Source of the DNA: Candidatus Xenobia bacterium
GTDB taxonomy: Bacteria > Vulcanimicrobiota > Xenobia > Xenobiales > QWHO01
DNA length: 64,000 nt
Reading direction: 5' to 3'
Assembly (NCBI GenBank): GCA_045863235.1
Contig: BTUM01000005.1
Coordinates: forward strand, 129,154-193,153
Within the stretch, counting starts at the first letter, position 1. Every line of letters begins with the position of its first letter. This document shows positions 46,265 through 55,505 of the stretch, in pieces. The position numbers were made by a program, and so were the translations under genes. The notes under the pieces are model-generated. The model was not told the DNA's origin and did not search any database. It saw only the letters and a list, made by a program, of their open reading frames with translations.

Positions 46265-46686
46265 GGTGAGAATGAGGGTGACAGGAGTCGGCGATCCCGA
46301 GCAACGAGCGCGAGCAGGCCCTAGGCCAGTTCAAGGATGAAGCTCGGTGCCAAGTTCATGTTGGCTGCGTCTTTGCCCTGGCAATGCTGGTCGTGTCCTG
46401 CGCCAGCATGGTGATGTACGCTGTAAACACGCAGATGCCAACCGATGAGTCACCTTCGCCGGCGTGCGCCAAGCAAGTGGAGGAGCCGAGCAAGCATCCT
46501 GAAGAGGCAAAGCCGTGACGTGAAGCCTCGCGAGCTCGTTTGCCGCTTCGAGGAGGGTGATCACTGGGAGGTCTGGCGGGAGTTCCAGAAAGGCGCGGGT
46601 GGGTGGCCTGTATTTCGCGCTCGCACGGCGGGGGCGACGAGGACGCCAATCTGGCGGGGGTCTGCGAGGTGCATCACCAGGGGCAC

Positions 46687-46916
46687 TTGCACGGGGGCAC
46701 GATGAAGGCCCGACGCGAGCGAAGCGGGAGCATCCTGTGGCAGGTCGGGATTCGGAACGGTCAGCCTTACCGGGTATTCCGCGACGACGTGAGGCTCGGG
46801 CGCCGTCGGTCTGGTTGCACGGGGACACGATGAAGGCCCGGCGCGAGCAAGGCGGGACCATCCTGTGGCAGGTCGGGATTCGGAATGGTCAGGCTTATCG
46901 GGTGTTCCGCGACGAC
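46687..46916 (+). repeat. Two diverged 102-bp direct repeats (46687-46788, 46815-46916), probable decayed repeat-protein gene
   Basis: Period 128 nt; both encode LHGxTMKARRExxGxILWQVGIRNGQxYRVFRDD in different frames. Confidence 0.8.
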
Positions 46917-47177
46917 AGGTGGAGTTCGAGACGACTGACTTCCTCGGGGCTCCTGAGGAGCCGTGAGGGCTTCGAGAAGCAGGGCTAGCTCGAAGGTGCT
47001 CGGTCCAGGTCCCCAGGCCGCGGCGAGCCCGGGTCGAACATGCCCTCAGCCGAGTCCTCAAACAACCATCAGGCCGCGGCCCGCAGGCTTTCATTCAGGT
47101 TGGAAGGGTTCTGGTCGTTGAGGCAGTAGGCGTGCTCCCACGATGCCGCCCGCCTCGTCCCTCGGGCCTGACTTCCG

Positions 47178-47759
47178 TCATGATCCCGCGGCCCTGGGGA
47201 GCACCACGCTTCCCACCAGCACGCTGTCCCCACGCTCGTCCACGGCTCCTCCCACGGGCGCCTCGATCAGGGTCAGGGGCTGGCGAAGCGACTCGTAGGC
47301 CTCTCGGGCCGCGGTCAGGCTCTCTTGCTGGGCCTGACGCTCGGCTTGCAGCTTCTGGCTTGACAGGCGCTCCAGGTGCAGGGAGACGGTGGCATCCACG
47401 CTCTTCAGACTTACGTCCGCGAACTTCATCGAGGAGTGGACGCCGACCATCAGGGCGCCCAGACCGAGAGCCGCCACCACGCCTCCGGCCAGTCCGACCG
47501 GAATCGCCTGGAAGGCCATGCCACCCATCAGGACGGCTGCCCCGCCGATCAGCGTGTAGCAACCCACTCTGGGCAGCTCGTTGGCTCGCCACTTCAAGCG
47601 CTCGCGCTGAGCCTCCGTTTCCTCGGCCCTGCGCTCGAGCCGGTCACACTTCTCCTGGCTGGCCTGGTAGAGTTGCTCCAGCCCCCGGAGTTTTTCTTCC
47701 TGCTGCTCGACCTGCTGGCGCGCGGCCACGAGCTGAGGCGGATCGCTGCGGAGGATCAT
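47178..47759 (-). CDS. Coiled-coil protein with two TM helices and conserved C-terminal tail
   Basis: ATGA overlap with the upstream gene; ends VDERGDSVLVGSVVLPRAAGS. Confidence 0.8.
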   Translation of the reverse strand: MILRSDPPQLVAARQQVEQQEEKLRGLEQLYQASQEKCDRLERRAEETEAQRERLKWRANELPRVGCYTLIGGAAVLMGGMAFQAIPVGLAGGVVAALGLGALMVGVHSSMKFADVSLKSVDATVSLHLERLSSQKLQAERQAQQESLTAAREAYESLRQPLTLIEAPVGGAVDERGDSVLVGSVVLPRAAGS

Positions 47760-48979
47760 TCGCGCCCCTTCTTGTTGCGAACCACCACACCCCCGATGAC
47801 CAGGTTGCCCTGGTCGTTTTGTCCCACCGCCTGGGGCGGGGTGGGGGGCTGGCCACCGCGCTCGAGCACGAAGACCTGGCTGAGGCGCTGGCGGGCCCCG
47901 GCTGAATCCTCCTGGGCAAAGCGCGTGATGGCCTGGCGCACGTAGTCGATCTTACGGTCGTTGGCGGTGGCTCCCGGTGACCCGGCCGGGCCGGACGAGA
48001 TCTCGCCGAACAGCTCGGCTCGCTCCTCCAGGGTTTCCCGCTCCACCATCACCGCCATCAGGGGCAGGGCCTCGGCGGCTTGATCGACTCCGTGGCGGCG
48101 GGCCAGGTCGACCAGAGCGTCGGCCACCCGCAGGCGGTCCTGGGGCTCGAAATTGCAGGCGATCGCGCCGTAAAGATGGGCCGATTGCCGCAGGTCGGTC
48201 ACCTGGCTGAGCTGAGCCAGGCATCGCATCCGCTCCTCGGGGTCGGGGCCGCTGTAGGCCGCCTCCCAGAAGTCGGCCCGCTGCTGAGCGTTCAGGCCCG
48301 CGGGCAGCAGCGGGTCGAGGGTGCGAGCCAGGGCATAGCGCTCGACGAGCTGGTCGGGCTGCTCCACCACAGCCGGGTTGAAGGGGATGCGCGGGCCGTC
48401 CGCCGAGCTTACCCAGATCACCTTGTCCTGCTGCTCGACCACCCGGCAGTAGGCTCGAAAAGCGTCGTGATCGGTGTCGGTGAAGACGGTGCGGCTGTCT
48501 GAGCCCGAGCTATGGAAAGCAAAGTCCTGCTCAGAGAGCTGTTTCAGGCCATCGGCCAGGGCCGGGCGGGCCAGTCCGAAGTCCTGTCCGCTGGCGTGGA
48601 AGTAGCACAGCGCGCTTACCGTCTCGGCCGAACGGATGTCGATCGGCTTTCGCTGTCCCGGCGGACGCACCGCCAGGCGCCCGTGGCGCTCGCCGGTGGC
48701 CACGAAGCGATAGAGGGCCAGCCGGTCCTTGGGGGCGCCGTCCATGGCGCCGCGCATCTCGAGCACGGTGAACTTGTGGTCGGCCAGGTCCTTGACGGCC
48801 AGGGCCAGCCGGTCCTCGGTCTGGCCCAGGTGCACGGCCTCGAGCTGCGCCAGCTCGGCCTCCTCCACCTGGATGGGCACCGTGTCGCGCCCGCTGCGCA
48901 CGCTGAAGGTCTCTCCCTCGCGGTTGAGGCGCACGCCGCTCTGGCGCAGGCGATCGAGTCGGGCAGAATCCACCAGCAT
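47756..48979 (-). CDS. Hypothetical protein (407 aa) with conserved C-terminal tail
   Basis: Typical codon usage; ends VGQNDQGNLVIGGVVVRNKKGRE. Confidence 0.8.
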   Translation of the reverse strand: MLVDSARLDRLRQSGVRLNREGETFSVRSGRDTVPIQVEEAELAQLEAVHLGQTEDRLALAVKDLADHKFTVLEMRGAMDGAPKDRLALYRFVATGERHGRLAVRPPGQRKPIDIRSAETVSALCYFHASGQDFGLARPALADGLKQLSEQDFAFHSSGSDSRTVFTDTDHDAFRAYCRVVEQQDKVIWVSSADGPRIPFNPAVVEQPDQLVERYALARTLDPLLPAGLNAQQRADFWEAAYSGPDPEERMRCLAQLSQVTDLRQSAHLYGAIACNFEPQDRLRVADALVDLARRHGVDQAAEALPLMAVMVERETLEERAELFGEISSGPAGSPGATANDRKIDYVRQAITRFAQEDSAGARQRLSQVFVLERGGQPPTPPQAVGQNDQGNLVIGGVVVRNKKGRE

Positions 48980-48986
48980 GCCGGCA

Positions 48987-49064
48987 AGGGTAGCACGGCG
49001 CTCTGAAAATGATCTGAAAGTTCATCCACAGTTTACCAACAGCCCCCCCTGTTCACGTTATCGT
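48987..49064. promoter_or_regulatory. Back-to-back class A (minus) and class B (plus) direct-repeat promoters
   Basis: Minus: TTTCAG-N5-TTTCAG-N10-TACCCT (49019-48987); plus: GTTCAT-N5-GTTTAC-N22-TATCGT (49020-49064). Confidence 0.6.
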
Positions 49065-49110
49065 GACGTTGTTGTTCTCGGGGGAGCAGCTCAGAAAACG
49101 AGGAGGACCC

Positions 49111-51348
49111 ATGATCCGCGACCTGCAGAATTTCGCCCTCAACACCAACCAGGCTGTCACCCGCCCGAGCTGCTCGTGCGGATCGTGCGCAAAGTGCGCC
49201 CCGAAGGCCGCCGATCCGAAGGAGACGGTGGAGCTCGGCTCCTCCTCCCCCAAGTCGGCTCCTCAACTGAGCTTACAGTCTCGCATCGCCTCGGTGTCGG
49301 CCGAGGCCGCCCACCTCGAGCAGAAGCTCAACGAGCACGTCGAGGGCGAGGTGATCGTCAAGCTCAAGCCGGGCAGCCAGGGCCTGGATGACTTCGCGGC
49401 CGAGTTCGGTGGTCAGACCCTGCACAAGTTCGACATCCCCAAGGACATCTACCAGAGCTTCGGCGGCGACCTGCTGCACATCAAGCTGCCGGCCGGCATG
49501 AGCACGGCCGCGGGCATCGCCCTGATGAGCAAGGACGAGCGGGTGGCCTACGCCACCACCAACGACGTCCTCAAGGCCCTGGGCGACCCGGTCGGCCCCA
49601 ACGACCTCGACCCCAAGCTGTGGGGCCTGCACAACACCGGCCAGAACGGCGGCACCGCCGACGCCGACATCGACGCCCCCGAGGCCTGGGCCACCAGCAT
49701 CGGCTCGCGCTCGGGCCCGGTCATCGCGGTGATCGACACGGGCGTGGACTACAACCACCCCGACCTTCGCGCCAACATCTGGACCAACCCCAACGAGATC
49801 CCTGGTGACGGTATCGACAACGACAACAACGGCGTGGTGGACGACGTGCACGGTTACAACGCCATCAATGGCTCGGGCAACCCGATGGACGACCACTATC
49901 ACGGCACCCACTGCGCCGGCACCATCGGTGCCGAGGGCAACAACGGCCAGGGCGTGGTGGGCGTGCAGTGGGAAGCGCAGATCATGCCGGTCAAGTTCCT
50001 CTCGGGTTCGGGCAGCGGCACCCTGGCCGACGCCGTCAAGGCCATCCTTTACGCCGGGCGCAACGGAGCCCGCATTACCTCCAACTCGTGGGGCGGCGGC
50101 GGCTACAACCAGGCGCTCTATGACGCCCTGAAGAGCTCGCCCAGCCTGCACATCTTCGCGGCCGGCAACGAGTCCAACAACAACGACCGTCGTCCCGCCT
50201 ACCCGGCCAGCTACGACCTGCCCAACATCGTCAGCGTGGGCGCCTCGGACAAGAACAACCGCCAGGCTTCCTTCTCGAACTACGGCGCCAAGACGGTCGA
50301 CCTGCACGCCCCGGGCGTGGACATCTACTCCACCGTCACCAATGGCGGCTACCGCAACCTGTCGGGCACGTCGATGGCCTGCCCCCACGTCTCGGGCGTG
50401 GCCGGCCTGATCGCCACCGCCTATCCCGACGCCACCAACGACCAGATCAAGGCTCGCCTGATGAACGGCGCCGTCAAGGTGCCCGCCTTCGAGGGCAAGT
50501 CGGTTACCGGCGGCCTCTTGAACGCGCCTAACTCGCTCGACAACGACAGCCGTCCCCCGGCCGCGCCCAACGACTTCCGCGTCAGCGGCTCCACGGCCAA
50601 CTCGGTCACCTTGAACTGGACGGCCACCGGCGACGACGGCTGGTGCGGACAGGCCTCGGGCTACGAGGTGCGCCTCGCGGACAAGCCCATCGTGGACGGC
50701 GAGGCGGCCGAGAACCAGGTGAGCTTCGACGAGGCGGCCTCGGTTCCGACCGGCTCTCCTTCGGCCACCGGCACCATCGAAGGCGCCACCATCAGCGTGC
50801 CGCTCTCGGATACCGACAAGACCTACCACGTGGCTCTCAAGGTGACCGATAACGTGGGCAACCGCTCGGAGATCCGCACCGCCGAAGTGCGCGTTCCGGC
50901 CGCCACGGTGGCCTTCAAGGACGACTTCGAGGGCGAAGAGGCCAACTTCACCCCCGAGGGCCAGTGGGGCCGGGTCGAGATCGAGGGCCGGGGCAAGGTC
51001 TGGACCGACACCCCCAACGGAAACTACGACAACAGCCAGAACACCTCGCTGACCTCGCGGGCCATCGACCTGGGGAACCTGTCGGGCAGCACCCTGGTGT
51101 TCGACTCCAAGATCGACTCCGAGCAGAACTACGACAAGGCCAACATCGAGGTCAGCACCGACGGTCAGACCTGGAACAAGCTGGCCGAGCTGACCGGGCA
51201 GCAGGACTGGACCAAGCAGCAGGTCGACCTGTCGGCCTACGACGGCCAGAGCGTGCAGGTGCGCTTCCGCTTCCAGTCCGATAGCTCCCAGGTGGGCGAC
51301 GGGTTCTACCTCGACAACGTGATGATCGCCGGCTCGCCGCGCCAGTAG
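49111..51348 (+). CDS. S8 subtilase with FN3-like and jelly-roll domains (paralogue 3)
   Basis: GAGGAGG RBS; VIDTG, HGTH, AAGN, SGTSMACP. Confidence 0.95.
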   Translation: MIRDLQNFALNTNQAVTRPSCSCGSCAKCAPKAADPKETVELGSSSPKSAPQLSLQSRIASVSAEAAHLEQKLNEHVEGEVIVKLKPGSQGLDDFAAEFGGQTLHKFDIPKDIYQSFGGDLLHIKLPAGMSTAAGIALMSKDERVAYATTNDVLKALGDPVGPNDLDPKLWGLHNTGQNGGTADADIDAPEAWATSIGSRSGPVIAVIDTGVDYNHPDLRANIWTNPNEIPGDGIDNDNNGVVDDVHGYNAINGSGNPMDDHYHGTHCAGTIGAEGNNGQGVVGVQWEAQIMPVKFLSGSGSGTLADAVKAILYAGRNGARITSNSWGGGGYNQALYDALKSSPSLHIFAAGNESNNNDRRPAYPASYDLPNIVSVGASDKNNRQASFSNYGAKTVDLHAPGVDIYSTVTNGGYRNLSGTSMACPHVSGVAGLIATAYPDATNDQIKARLMNGAVKVPAFEGKSVTGGLLNAPNSLDNDSRPPAAPNDFRVSGSTANSVTLNWTATGDDGWCGQASGYEVRLADKPIVDGEAAENQVSFDEAASVPTGSPSATGTIEGATISVPLSDTDKTYHVALKVTDNVGNRSEIRTAEVRVPAATVAFKDDFEGEEANFTPEGQWGRVEIEGRGKVWTDTPNGNYDNSQNTSLTSRAIDLGNLSGSTLVFDSKIDSEQNYDKANIEVSTDGQTWNKLAELTGQQDWTKQQVDLSAYDGQSVQVRFRFQSDSSQVGDGFYLDNVMIAGSPRQ

Positions 51349-51363
51349 AAGCTGGTCGGACTC

Positions 51364-51398
51364 AAAAGAGCACCGCTCGCGAGGGCGGTGCTCTTTTT
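51364..51398 (+). terminator. Intrinsic terminator
   Basis: AAAAGAGCACCGCTC-GCGA-GGGCGGTGCTCTTTTT. Confidence 0.9.
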
Positions 51399-51480
51399 CA
51401 CGCTGCGCCGGCCTGAAGGCCAGAAAGGGCTGGAGCCCGAAACTACTACGAGGACGAGCATGGGACAGAGGGGGTGCCTG

Positions 51481-54400
51481 GTGGCCATCGAGGACTTGAA
51501 CGCAGTCGCCCGCGCCGCTCAAGAGTCCGGCCAGTTGCGCCGGCCACCCCGGCCTGTCGAAGAGCAGGCTCCCCCTCCCGCGGCTCCGGCCGGGCCAAAG
51601 GCCCAAGAAGAGCTGGAGCTGAGCGGACCCTCTCGCCAGATTCAGGCCCGCGAGGAGCTCGAGCAATCGCTCGAGGGGGTGGTTTCCAGCTCCCCCGCGC
51701 CTGCAGAGCCGCCCCGGCGTCTCGAAGCCATGAAGGCCCGCCAGCAGCTCGAGGGGGGCTTGCAGGACATTGTCGGCCAGGAGACACCGGCGGCCGAAGC
51801 TGAGGTCGGCCAGGCATCCGAAGCTCAGCTGCCGCCGAGAGCGGCGCCCGAGAAGGGCCAGGGTACGCTTCCTCCCACCCTCTGGAACGAGCACGCCGTC
51901 AACACCGTCAACCAGAAGGGCCTCGAGCAAGGCTCTATTTCGCAAGAGCAGATCGATCGCAATACGAAGCTGGCCGAAGAGCACGGGGCCCGTGGGGGAG
52001 GGCTGGACCTGGCCAGCCTGGCCCGCGAGGTGGGTGTGGAGCCGGCGCGACTTGACCCCAACCAACTCGAGGCAGCTCGGCGCTACGTCGAGGACGGCGA
52101 TCCGGCCCAGCAGTCCGAGCGCCTGCGCAAGGCGCTGAACAACCTCAACGTGCTCGATCAGGGCGGACTTCCGAAGATGAGCCGCCAGGAGACCAACGAC
52201 CTGATGTGGGGAGTGGCCCGGGTTCCGGGCCACGCCACTCAGAAGCTGGACGAGCAGGGACTGAGCCAGACCTTCCAGGAGGTGGCCGCGGCCGTGGCCT
52301 CGCCCGGTCAGCACAAGCTCAAGGTCGGCCAGCACACCCTGGAGATGAAGGTCGACCAGAGCGGCCAGGTGACCGAGTCGGAGACGAAGGCGCCCAGCGC
52401 GCTGAGCAAGATCGGCGGCTTCCTCAAGACGGCCATCCCGGTGGCGGCCACCGTGGCCGCCTTCATCCCGGGCGTAGGCACGGCCGTGGCCGCCGGCCTG
52501 CGCATCGCCTCCTCGGCCATTTCAGGCATCAGCGCCATCAAGGACAAGAACTTCCTGGGCGCGCTGGGAGCCGTGGCCGGGGGCGTGGGGGCAGGCTTCA
52601 GCCTGGGCAGCTCGGCTGCCGCCGCCCGGGTGGCCAGCGTGGCCGATTCCGTGGGTGCCGGCTCGCGCGGGGTCCAGAGCATCAAGCAGGGCGGCGTGCT
52701 CGGCGTGGTCGGGGGCGTGGCCGGTGTGGCCGGGGCGGCCGCGGGTCTTTCGGGGCTCGACGACGCCGGTAAGGTCCAGGACATCTCCGGCAAGGTGTCC
52801 ACCACGGCCAATCGAGTGGAGACAGCTCAGCGCTTCCGCACCGCCAGCGGAGCGGTGGAGCAGGCCGAGCAGCAGCTGACCGCGGCCCGCGCAACGGGCG
52901 ACGCGGCCGCCATCGCGCGGGCCGAGAAGCAGCTCGACGAGGCCCGCCGCCTCAAGCAGACGGCCCTGCTGGCCGGGCTGGGGACGGCGGCCGAGGTGGG
53001 AGCGGCCCACACCTCCGGGGGCGCCTCCAACGCTCTGGGCTATGCCTCGCGGGGGCTCGACCTGACGGCTGACCTGAAGAACAAGGATTACCTGGGAGCG
53101 GCTGCCTCGGCCACCGGCATCGCAGCCCGGGCTTCCGGCTCGCAGAGCCTGCAGGACGCCTCCCGGGTGGCCGACCAGAGCAACAACTTCCGCCTGGCCA
53201 GCCAGGCCGAAAGCCGGGCCCGGCAGGCCCTGCAGGACGCCGAGCGCAACCTGCAGCTGGCCCGCAACTCGGGCGACCCCGAGGCCGTGCGCCAGGCCGA
53301 GCAGGCGCTCTCCTCGGCTCGCGAGCAGCGCGATTTTGCGCAGAGTAACAGCTACTTTGCCGGTGACCAGATGGCCCGCACGGGTCAGGCCATCGGCCAG
53401 CGGATCGAGACCGATCGCCGATTCCAGGCCAACCTCAAGGAGCTGCAACCCTCTCTGGATCAGGCTCGCCAGGCCTCTGACCAGCTTGAGGCAGCCGCCC
53501 GCAATCCCCGGGCCACGGGCGGGTTCCAGGACCTGGCGGCGCAAGCTCGCGCCGGCCTGCAGTCGGCCGAGGGCGAGCTGGCCGATGCCCTCGCGAGCGG
53601 CGACAAGAGCCGCATCGCCGAGGCTCGGGGGCGTTTTGAGGCCGCCAGCAGCCTGGCCTCGGAGCGAGCCCGACTGATCGAGGCAGCGGTGGCGCCGGCG
53701 GCTCTGCCCACTGCTGGTCTGGCGACAAGCTTGACGTTGCCCCCCGGCCAGCCCCCGGTCCAGGTCCAGGGCTCGCCAGCCCCTTCCGGCAACCGGGCCC
53801 AGCTTCCCAGGGCCGGGGTCAGGCCGCCCCTGGCGGCCCCCCAGCCGACCTCCGAGCCGTCCGAGCCGGGCCGGGTCTCGCCCTCCTGGGTGTTCGACGA
53901 GTCGCGCTACGAGATCCCGGCCAGCGGCAAGTACGTCCTGGGGCCTGACGGTCGGCCTTACGACGAGTCCGGCCAGCCCATTGCAGTGCGCCCCGTGGCG
54001 CCGGGCGACTATCGCGAGGCCGGGATGCGCTTGCTCGAGCACGAGCTCAGCTCCAACCTGCCCAACACCACCGATCGGCGTCGCCCTCAGGACGTGCTGG
54101 CCCTGGTCATGGCCGCCCGCGGGGGCGACAACGGAGGTCCGGTGGATCAAACGGCGCGCGAGACCATCCGCCAGATCGTGGGCCGCGAGCTCACGGCCCA
54201 GGAGTATGGCGATCTCGATCACTATATCGACGGCTGGACTCACGTCGAGGCAACTCCCGCCGGCGGGGCGCTCAACAGCTTGCAGCGAGGGGCCAGCGCG
54301 GTCACGGGCTCGGCAGGCTACGTCTACTGGACCGCCCTCAAGGGTTACTCCCAACTGCGGGGCGGAAGCAGCGTCGCGGGAGCCTACCAGAACAGCGAGA

Positions 54401-54561
54401 ACACCTCCCGGGCCAACTGGCGGAACTACAACTCCTACAACGTGGGAGCCATCGACGCCTTGAAGACGGGCTACCCCTGGGACGCTCCCGAGAAGGGCAT
54501 CAGCTACTGGGATGCGGTCAAGGCGTCCTGGGGCCTGTTCTGGGGCTCAGGAAGCAAGTAG
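51481..54561 (+). CDS. Large effector/polymorphic-toxin-like protein
   Basis: Pro-rich N terminus, Gly/Ala hydrophobic region (AFIPGVGTAVAAG), coiled coil, Pro linker, aromatic-rich C-terminal domain; start GTG 51481 or ATG 51460. Confidence 0.75.
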   Translation: MAIEDLNAVARAAQESGQLRRPPRPVEEQAPPPAAPAGPKAQEELELSGPSRQIQAREELEQSLEGVVSSSPAPAEPPRRLEAMKARQQLEGGLQDIVGQETPAAEAEVGQASEAQLPPRAAPEKGQGTLPPTLWNEHAVNTVNQKGLEQGSISQEQIDRNTKLAEEHGARGGGLDLASLAREVGVEPARLDPNQLEAARRYVEDGDPAQQSERLRKALNNLNVLDQGGLPKMSRQETNDLMWGVARVPGHATQKLDEQGLSQTFQEVAAAVASPGQHKLKVGQHTLEMKVDQSGQVTESETKAPSALSKIGGFLKTAIPVAATVAAFIPGVGTAVAAGLRIASSAISGISAIKDKNFLGALGAVAGGVGAGFSLGSSAAAARVASVADSVGAGSRGVQSIKQGGVLGVVGGVAGVAGAAAGLSGLDDAGKVQDISGKVSTTANRVETAQRFRTASGAVEQAEQQLTAARATGDAAAIARAEKQLDEARRLKQTALLAGLGTAAEVGAAHTSGGASNALGYASRGLDLTADLKNKDYLGAAASATGIAARASGSQSLQDASRVADQSNNFRLASQAESRARQALQDAERNLQLARNSGDPEAVRQAEQALSSAREQRDFAQSNSYFAGDQMARTGQAIGQRIETDRRFQANLKELQPSLDQARQASDQLEAAARNPRATGGFQDLAAQARAGLQSAEGELADALASGDKSRIAEARGRFEAASSLASERARLIEAAVAPAALPTAGLATSLTLPPGQPPVQVQGSPAPSGNRAQLPRAGVRPPLAAPQPTSEPSEPGRVSPSWVFDESRYEIPASGKYVLGPDGRPYDESGQPIAVRPVAPGDYREAGMRLLEHELSSNLPNTTDRRRPQDVLALVMAARGGDNGGPVDQTARETIRQIVGRELTAQEYGDLDHYIDGWTHVEATPAGGALNSLQRGASAVTGSAGYVYWTALKGYSQLRGGSSVAGAYQNSENTSRANWRNYNSYNVGAIDALKTGYPWDAPEKGISYWDAVKASWGLFWGSGSK

Positions 54562-54567
54562 CCTCTC

Positions 54568-55332
54568 GTGCGCGCCTCATTCGCGGGAGTGACCCTGGAG
54601 CTGCCCGCCTTCTTCCAGGCGGGCTCCGAGGCCCTGGCCGTGCTCGAGCCGCAGCTCACCCTGAACGTCAAGACGCTCCCCGATGCGGCCTCGGCCGACG
54701 AGATCGCCGATGCCTACGCTCGCTTTCTGGAGCAGTCTATTCCTGGTCTGGAGGAGTTGTCGCGCGAGCCGACCGAGCTGGGAGTGCTGCGCGAGCACAC
54801 TTTCCGCCAGGATGAGTCCCAGGTCTACCAGCGCCAACTCTACCTGGTGCCCGTGCCGCCCAGGGCTTACGTGGTCACCTGCACGGTCGTGGACGCAGAG
54901 CTCGACTCCGCCCGCGAGCGGGCCGGCAGGGTTCTGGCTCGAGTCGCCAGGCCAGGGATGGATAGCCTGGGCCTGGGCGCGGTGGAGGTCGACCTGCCTG
55001 ACTGCAGTCAGGTGATGTTCCTGCCCGCCGCCCTGCCCGAGATGCTGCGGCCGATGCTGTTGATGGCCTGGGACACGTCCGGGGACAGCCCGGAGGCGCA
55101 GGCCCGGACCACCCTGGCGCAGGCGACCGAGCTGGTGATTCTGGAGCAGGGAATGGTGGGCTCGCTCTACCGCCGGGAGATGCTGCTGCAGCAGGACGGC
55201 AACGATCTCTTTGCCGCCCACCTGCACCTGCGCCGCGGACAGCGCTCGGTGCTGCTGGCTCTGACGGGGGAGGCCCGCACCGCCTCGCTGCTCGCGGCGG
55301 CGGCGCGGGAGCTGGCCAGCCAGCTGTCCTAG
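54568..55332 (+). CDS. DcrB/PsbP-like (DUF1795-like) tandem-domain protein
   Basis: LREHTF...VYQRQLYL...AYVVTCT pattern, repeated in degenerate form; 6 nt after the large gene. Confidence 0.55.
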   Translation: MRASFAGVTLELPAFFQAGSEALAVLEPQLTLNVKTLPDAASADEIADAYARFLEQSIPGLEELSREPTELGVLREHTFRQDESQVYQRQLYLVPVPPRAYVVTCTVVDAELDSARERAGRVLARVARPGMDSLGLGAVEVDLPDCSQVMFLPAALPEMLRPMLLMAWDTSGDSPEAQARTTLAQATELVILEQGMVGSLYRREMLLQQDGNDLFAAHLHLRRGQRSVLLALTGEARTASLLAAAARELASQLS

Positions 55333-55505
55333 TTGCCAGCGAATTGGCTCTGTGTCGGAATCGCTGCTGCAAGAGGTTGAGAGGGCCCTGCGGCTGACGT
55401 CTGACCTGGATTGAGGCCGGTGTCCCACGTGCCGGAGGTCTGCCAGTCGAGGCCGAATTTTCATTTGGCGAGGGAAGGCAAGTCCCTGGGCTGAATTGGA
55501 TTTCG

